Positions 60,459 to 64,000 of a stretch of DNA of 64,000 nt are shown piece by piece; the stretch's first letter is position 1; each line of letters opens with the position of its first letter. The stretch is from Candidatus Aenigmatarchaeota archaeon (GTDB lineage: Archaea > Aenigmatarchaeota > Aenigmatarchaeia > QMZP01 > QMZT01), in NCBI GenBank assembly GCA_963726265.1, contig CAVSBQ010000002.1:128001-192000 (forward strand), read 5' to 3'. The translations under genes were made by a program, and so were the position numbers. Below the pieces are notes generated by a model. It saw nothing but the letters and a program-made list of their open reading frames with translations, made no database searches and was not told where the DNA came from.

Positions 60459-62783
60459 TTATTCCCTGAGGTAGCTCCATGCATGCAGCTTGTCGCTGTC
60501 CTCGACCCACCTGTCGCCGATGTCGTGCCTGTAATACATGTTGGGGATGAGGATGTTGCTTATCCTGTTGTAGACCTGGTTCTGGGCCTGCCTCATCGTC
60601 GAGCTCATGCCGACGGCGATGAGCACGACGCCGGAATGGCCGGTTATCAGCCACTCGCCGTTGACGAGCTTGACGTCCTCGATGTGGATGCCTTCCATGT
60701 TCGGCTTCTTGAAGACGACGACCGCATCCTTCGACGTCGTTTCAAACGCTTCAGTGTCGGTGAACGGGAACGGCGACGTCACGACGCGCACGCCGACCTG
60801 GAAGCCGCTCCTGACCTTCAGCTTCGTGCCGTTCCCCCTGGCGAGCTCGTGAAGGAACTGGCCTATGGGGGTAATCATGCTCTCCTGCTGTATGCTGATG
60901 GTCGGGTAGCCGAACCTCGACGTGAATTCGAGCGGGTACATGCCGTAGCTGTTGACTATGCAGTTGATGTCGATGTAGCCGACATACCCTTCCTCTTTCA
61001 GCTTCGGCTCCATCTTCTTGAGCGTCGCGTTGAAAATCTTGTTGGGCATGGACCAGAACATCGAGGTGTTGCCGCACCAGAAGGGCTTGCCGTTCCTTCT
61101 GACATACATTATATGGTTTTTCACCGTGGCGCAATAGACCTTCCCGGAATAAGCTATTTTTTTGACATCCCTCTTGTCTATCCACGAATCGAGTTTCCTC
61201 ACCCTTTCCAGGATTTCGTACTGGACGCCCGAGCAGTCGGCGAAATGGTCCTTTATCCATCGCTTCCCTTCGCGCTGCCTTTTCTTTATGATGCCGACTT
61301 TCCCGGTCTTCAGCAGGAGTTCCTGTATGCCGTCCGCCATGAGCTTCGAGCAGGTGTAGAATATCCTGAAGCCCTTCATCTGGGTGGCGTCGCCCAGCGC
61401 GAACCAGCGCAGGAAAATGTCAATCTGCCTCGGGCCCAGTTCCCTGACGAACGAAGGGACGTGCTTGTCATGAGCCTTGCCGAAGGCTTCGAGGTAGCTG
61501 TAAAGCTGTTTGTCATAAGCGTAGAATTCGCCGTCTCCCTTGGTGAAGCTGAAGGGAAGCGTTTTGAGCATTTCTTCTATCAACTCCGTTTTGCCGGCAG
61601 TCTTCTGGGCGATGCTTATCTTGCCGTAAGAGGCGGAGCCTTCCGCAAGCCAGATGCCCATGAAAGCAAGCCAGTCGTCCATTGGGATTTCCACATCGCC
61701 TGTCTGCTGGAAAACGACCTGTTTTCCGGAGTAATGGCCGACCGGAACCGACGGCAGGACAAAATACTGCTGCTCCTGGCCAACCCACGTGCCCGTCCTG
61801 GGTATGACCGACTGGCATTCCAGGTCGCGCGCCTTGACGAAGCCGAATTTTTCAGCCCTTTTCCTGGCATTCCATTGGCTGGCAACATACATGTTGTGGT
61901 CCGGTGTGACGGCGATGTCTAGGGTCTGATTCTGCACCGAAACCAGCTCCCTGTGGTGGCTGAAAGACACGATGACCTCAGGCCTGTGGAATTCTATCAC
62001 ATGACCCGAGGGGTTGAGCGTGCACAGCTCGTCATAATAATTCAGCTCCCTGAAGAATTTCCAGCCGTTCCTGGTGAGGACCTCGGTCTGGTCGTCATAG
62101 CATCCCATCTCGCCGGTCGATGGCCCGATGTTGCCGGGGAAGAGCTTCTTGTGCTCGAAATTGACGTTGATCGGATAGATGAATTCCTTGCCGTTGAAGA
62201 ACGCGCCTACAGCGACTTCGACGCCGGAAATCTTGCGCTGGAGCTGGAACACCTTGATGCGCTCGGACCATGCCTTCTTGTAGTGCTCGAGGACCTGGAT
62301 GACGTCCTTGCCGTCGTCCTCCTCGCCCACGAAGAGGAGCTGCTTGACGTTCTGCGCCTCGCCGCTCGGCTTTATCACGTATTTGCCGGGATGCTCCTGC
62401 ACGAAGTTTATGGCGTCGTCGAAAGAGGTGAAGTTCCAGCTCGGTATCGTCGTCACGCCGGCCTTCTTCAGCTCGTCCTGGCCGAAACCGCGATCATCTT
62501 CGAGCATGTCAGTGTACGGAGTCCCGCCGACGACGAGCTTGCCCTCCTGCCTGAGCTTCTGCGCCTTGGTCCCCTCGCCGAGGACGTCGTCGAAAACTAT
62601 GACATCCGCCCAGTCCACTTCCTTCTTCCAGTCGTCCGTCTTCGGCACGAAGCCGTCGGCGATTTCCTTCTCGCTGGGCGTCTCGATGAAATATTTGACC
62701 TCATGTCCCTCCTTCACGACCTGCCAAGCTATGTCGCCTATGAGGGCATCAATAGAGACAAAAAGAAATTTTTTCCTTTCCAT
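60459..62783 (-). CDS. PurD-like ATP-grasp ligase (phosphoribosylamine-glycine ligase family), intein-containing
   Basis: LEDDR.FG, VIKP, FEHKK, TGEMG, LEFTSRFGYP. Confidence 0.8.
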   Translation of the reverse strand: MERKKFLFVSIDALIGDIAWQVVKEGHEVKYFIETPSEKEIADGFVPKTDDWKKEVDWADVIVFDDVLGEGTKAQKLRQEGKLVVGGTPYTDMLEDDRGFGQDELKKAGVTTIPSWNFTSFDDAINFVQEHPGKYVIKPSGEAQNVKQLLFVGEEDDGKDVIQVLEHYKKAWSERIKVFQLQRKISGVEVAVGAFFNGKEFIYPINVNFEHKKLFPGNIGPSTGEMGCYDDQTEVLTRNGWKFFRELNYYDELCTLNPSGHVIEFHRPEVIVSFSHHRELVSVQNQTLDIAVTPDHNMYVASQWNARKRAEKFGFVKARDLECQSVIPRTGTWVGQEQQYFVLPSVPVGHYSGKQVVFQQTGDVEIPMDDWLAFMGIWLAEGSASYGKISIAQKTAGKTELIEEMLKTLPFSFTKGDGEFYAYDKQLYSYLEAFGKAHDKHVPSFVRELGPRQIDIFLRWFALGDATQMKGFRIFYTCSKLMADGIQELLLKTGKVGIIKKRQREGKRWIKDHFADCSGVQYEILERVRKLDSWIDKRDVKKIAYSGKVYCATVKNHIMYVRRNGKPFWCGNTSMFWSMPNKIFNATLKKMEPKLKEEGYVGYIDINCIVNSYGMYPLEFTSRFGYPTISIQQESMITPIGQFLHELARGNGTKLKVRSGFQVGVRVVTSPFPFTDTEAFETTSKDAVVVFKKPNMEGIHIEDVKLVNGEWLITGHSGVVLIAVGMSSTMRQAQNQVYNRISNILIPNMYYRHDIGDRWVEDSDKLHAWSYLRE
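61068..62102 (-). mobile_element. Intein (345 aa) with LAGLIDADG domain
   Basis: TGEMG|CYDDQTEVLT; VTPDH block B; FMGIWLAEG; VYCATV...FWCGN|T. Confidence 0.93.
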
Positions 62784-62990
62784 GTTTCCAGAAACTCGCC
62801 GGCAAATTAATTACAATTTATATTATGTATGAACACCTTTAAAAATGATGATGTTTTACGGATGTAAAATATTGCAAAAATGCTGTGGAACGGGCGGCTG
62901 GCCGGAAAAAACGACACGCTTTTATAGCAAAAAACGGAAAAGATAATCTGAATGCTTTCATAAGGCGATAAAAGCGCCGGAGGTGTCTTG

Positions 62991-64000
62991 ATGAAAAACC
63001 AGAAAAACAGGCTGCAGTTCCTCAAGGATGAGCTTGAAGGTTTGAAAAGGGAGAATCTTTTCACTACCCTGCCCGTGCTCAGCACGCCGCAGGGAGCGAG
63101 GGTGACAATAAACGGAAAAAAGGTCCTCACGCTTTCGACCAACAACTACCTGGGCTTCGCCAACCATCCGAGGCTGGCGGCGGCTGCGAAGAAGGCGATG
63201 GACAAGTGGGGCTTCGGCTGCGGCGCCGTAAGGCAAATTGCGGGCACGATGGAAATCCACAACGAGGCCGAGGAAATGCTGGCAAAATACAAGCATACCG
63301 AAGCATCGCTGATTTTCGTCGCAGGCATAGCCGCGAACCGCGGGACCATCCAGGTGCTCATGGGCGAAGGCGACGTCATAATAAGCGACGAGCTGAACCA
63401 TGGCAGCATAATCGACGGCGTGCGGCTTACGAAGGCGGACAAGAAGATTTACCTGCATCTTGACATGGCGGGTCTGGAGAAAGCCCTGAAAGAATCGCAG
63501 GGTGCCAGGCGCCGGCTAGTAGTCACAGATGGCGTGTTCAGCATGGACGGCGACATCGCACCGCTCGACCGGATAGTCGAACTCGCTGAGAAATACGACG
63601 CCATAACCATGGTCGATGACGCGCACGGCGACGGCGTGCTTGGAAAGGATGGGAGAGGCATAGTCGACCACTTCAACCTCCATGGCCGCGTCGACATAGA
63701 CATGGGCACGCTTTCCAAAGCCTTCGGATGCCTCGGAGGATATATAGCAGGCCGCCAGGAGCTGAGGGATTATCTCATCAACCGCGCCCGCTCGTTCATC
63801 TTCACCACGGCGCACCCGCCCTGCGTGACGGCCGCGATAATGGAAGCGCTCAGAATCGTGCAGGACGAGCCGCAGCATCTCAAGCGCCTTTGGGACAACA
63901 CGAAGTTCTTCAAGGAGGGCTTGCGAAACCTCGGCTTCAATATCGGGCGCAGCCAGACGCCGATCACGCCTGTCATAGTCGGCGAAAGCGCGACTGCGCA
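62991..64000 (+). CDS. Glycine C-acetyltransferase / 8-amino-7-oxononanoate synthase family, 3' truncated by window end
   Basis: Manual translation: NNYLG, SDELNHGSIIDG, DGVFSMDGD, DDAHG, GTLSKAFG; GGAGGTG RBS. Confidence 0.9.
   Translation, partial: MKNQKNRLQFLKDELEGLKRENLFTTLPVLSTPQGARVTINGKKVLTLSTNNYLGFANHPRLAAAAKKAMDKWGFGCGAVRQIAGTMEIHNEAEEMLAKYKHTEASLIFVAGIAANRGTIQVLMGEGDVIISDELNHGSIIDGVRLTKADKKIYLHLDMAGLEKALKESQGARRRLVVTDGVFSMDGDIAPLDRIVELAEKYDAITMVDDAHGDGVLGKDGRGIVDHFNLHGRVDIDMGTLSKAFGCLGGYIAGRQELRDYLINRARSFIFTTAHPPCVTAAIMEALRIVQDEPQHLKRLWDNTKFFKEGLRNLGFNIGRSQTPITPVIVGESATA

Noticed and set aside
62807..62835. dif-like site (ATTAATTACAA TTTATA TTATGTATGAA)
   Set aside because: Left arm does not match and it lies in an AT-rich divergent promoter region.

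Overview
Archaeal chromosomal window. Rpo10, Nop5, fibrillarin, PolB, ScpA, an FtsZ2-like protein and tRNA introns with bulge-helix-bulge (BHB) motifs mark it as archaeal; the gene mix suggests a DPANN-type lineage (inference only). It holds a group 3b NiFe-hydrogenase operon, pgk/gap, ileS, a complete polyamine pathway, gyrB/gyrA (gyrA has apparent frameshifts), polB, a split transketolase, iorAB and an intein-containing PurD-like ATP-grasp enzyme. All five tRNA genes (Ala-GGC, Met-CAT, Pro-GGG, Ser-GCT, Gly-CCC) carry introns, five of the six at non-canonical positions. The most notable signals are: (i) two free-standing LAGLIDADG genes, each directly upstream of an intron-containing tRNA and next to a cell-division gene, one with its stop codon inside the tRNA gene; (ii) a tRNA-Met intron antisense to its own spliced anticodon loop, in box C/D register for Cm34; (iii) a ~4.1 kb integrase-less island bounded by a 12-bp tRNA-Ser 3' repeat and carrying a broken type IIG restriction-modification gene; (iv) a 16-aa polybasic-CSCC micro-ORF with its own promoter-like and terminator-like signals.
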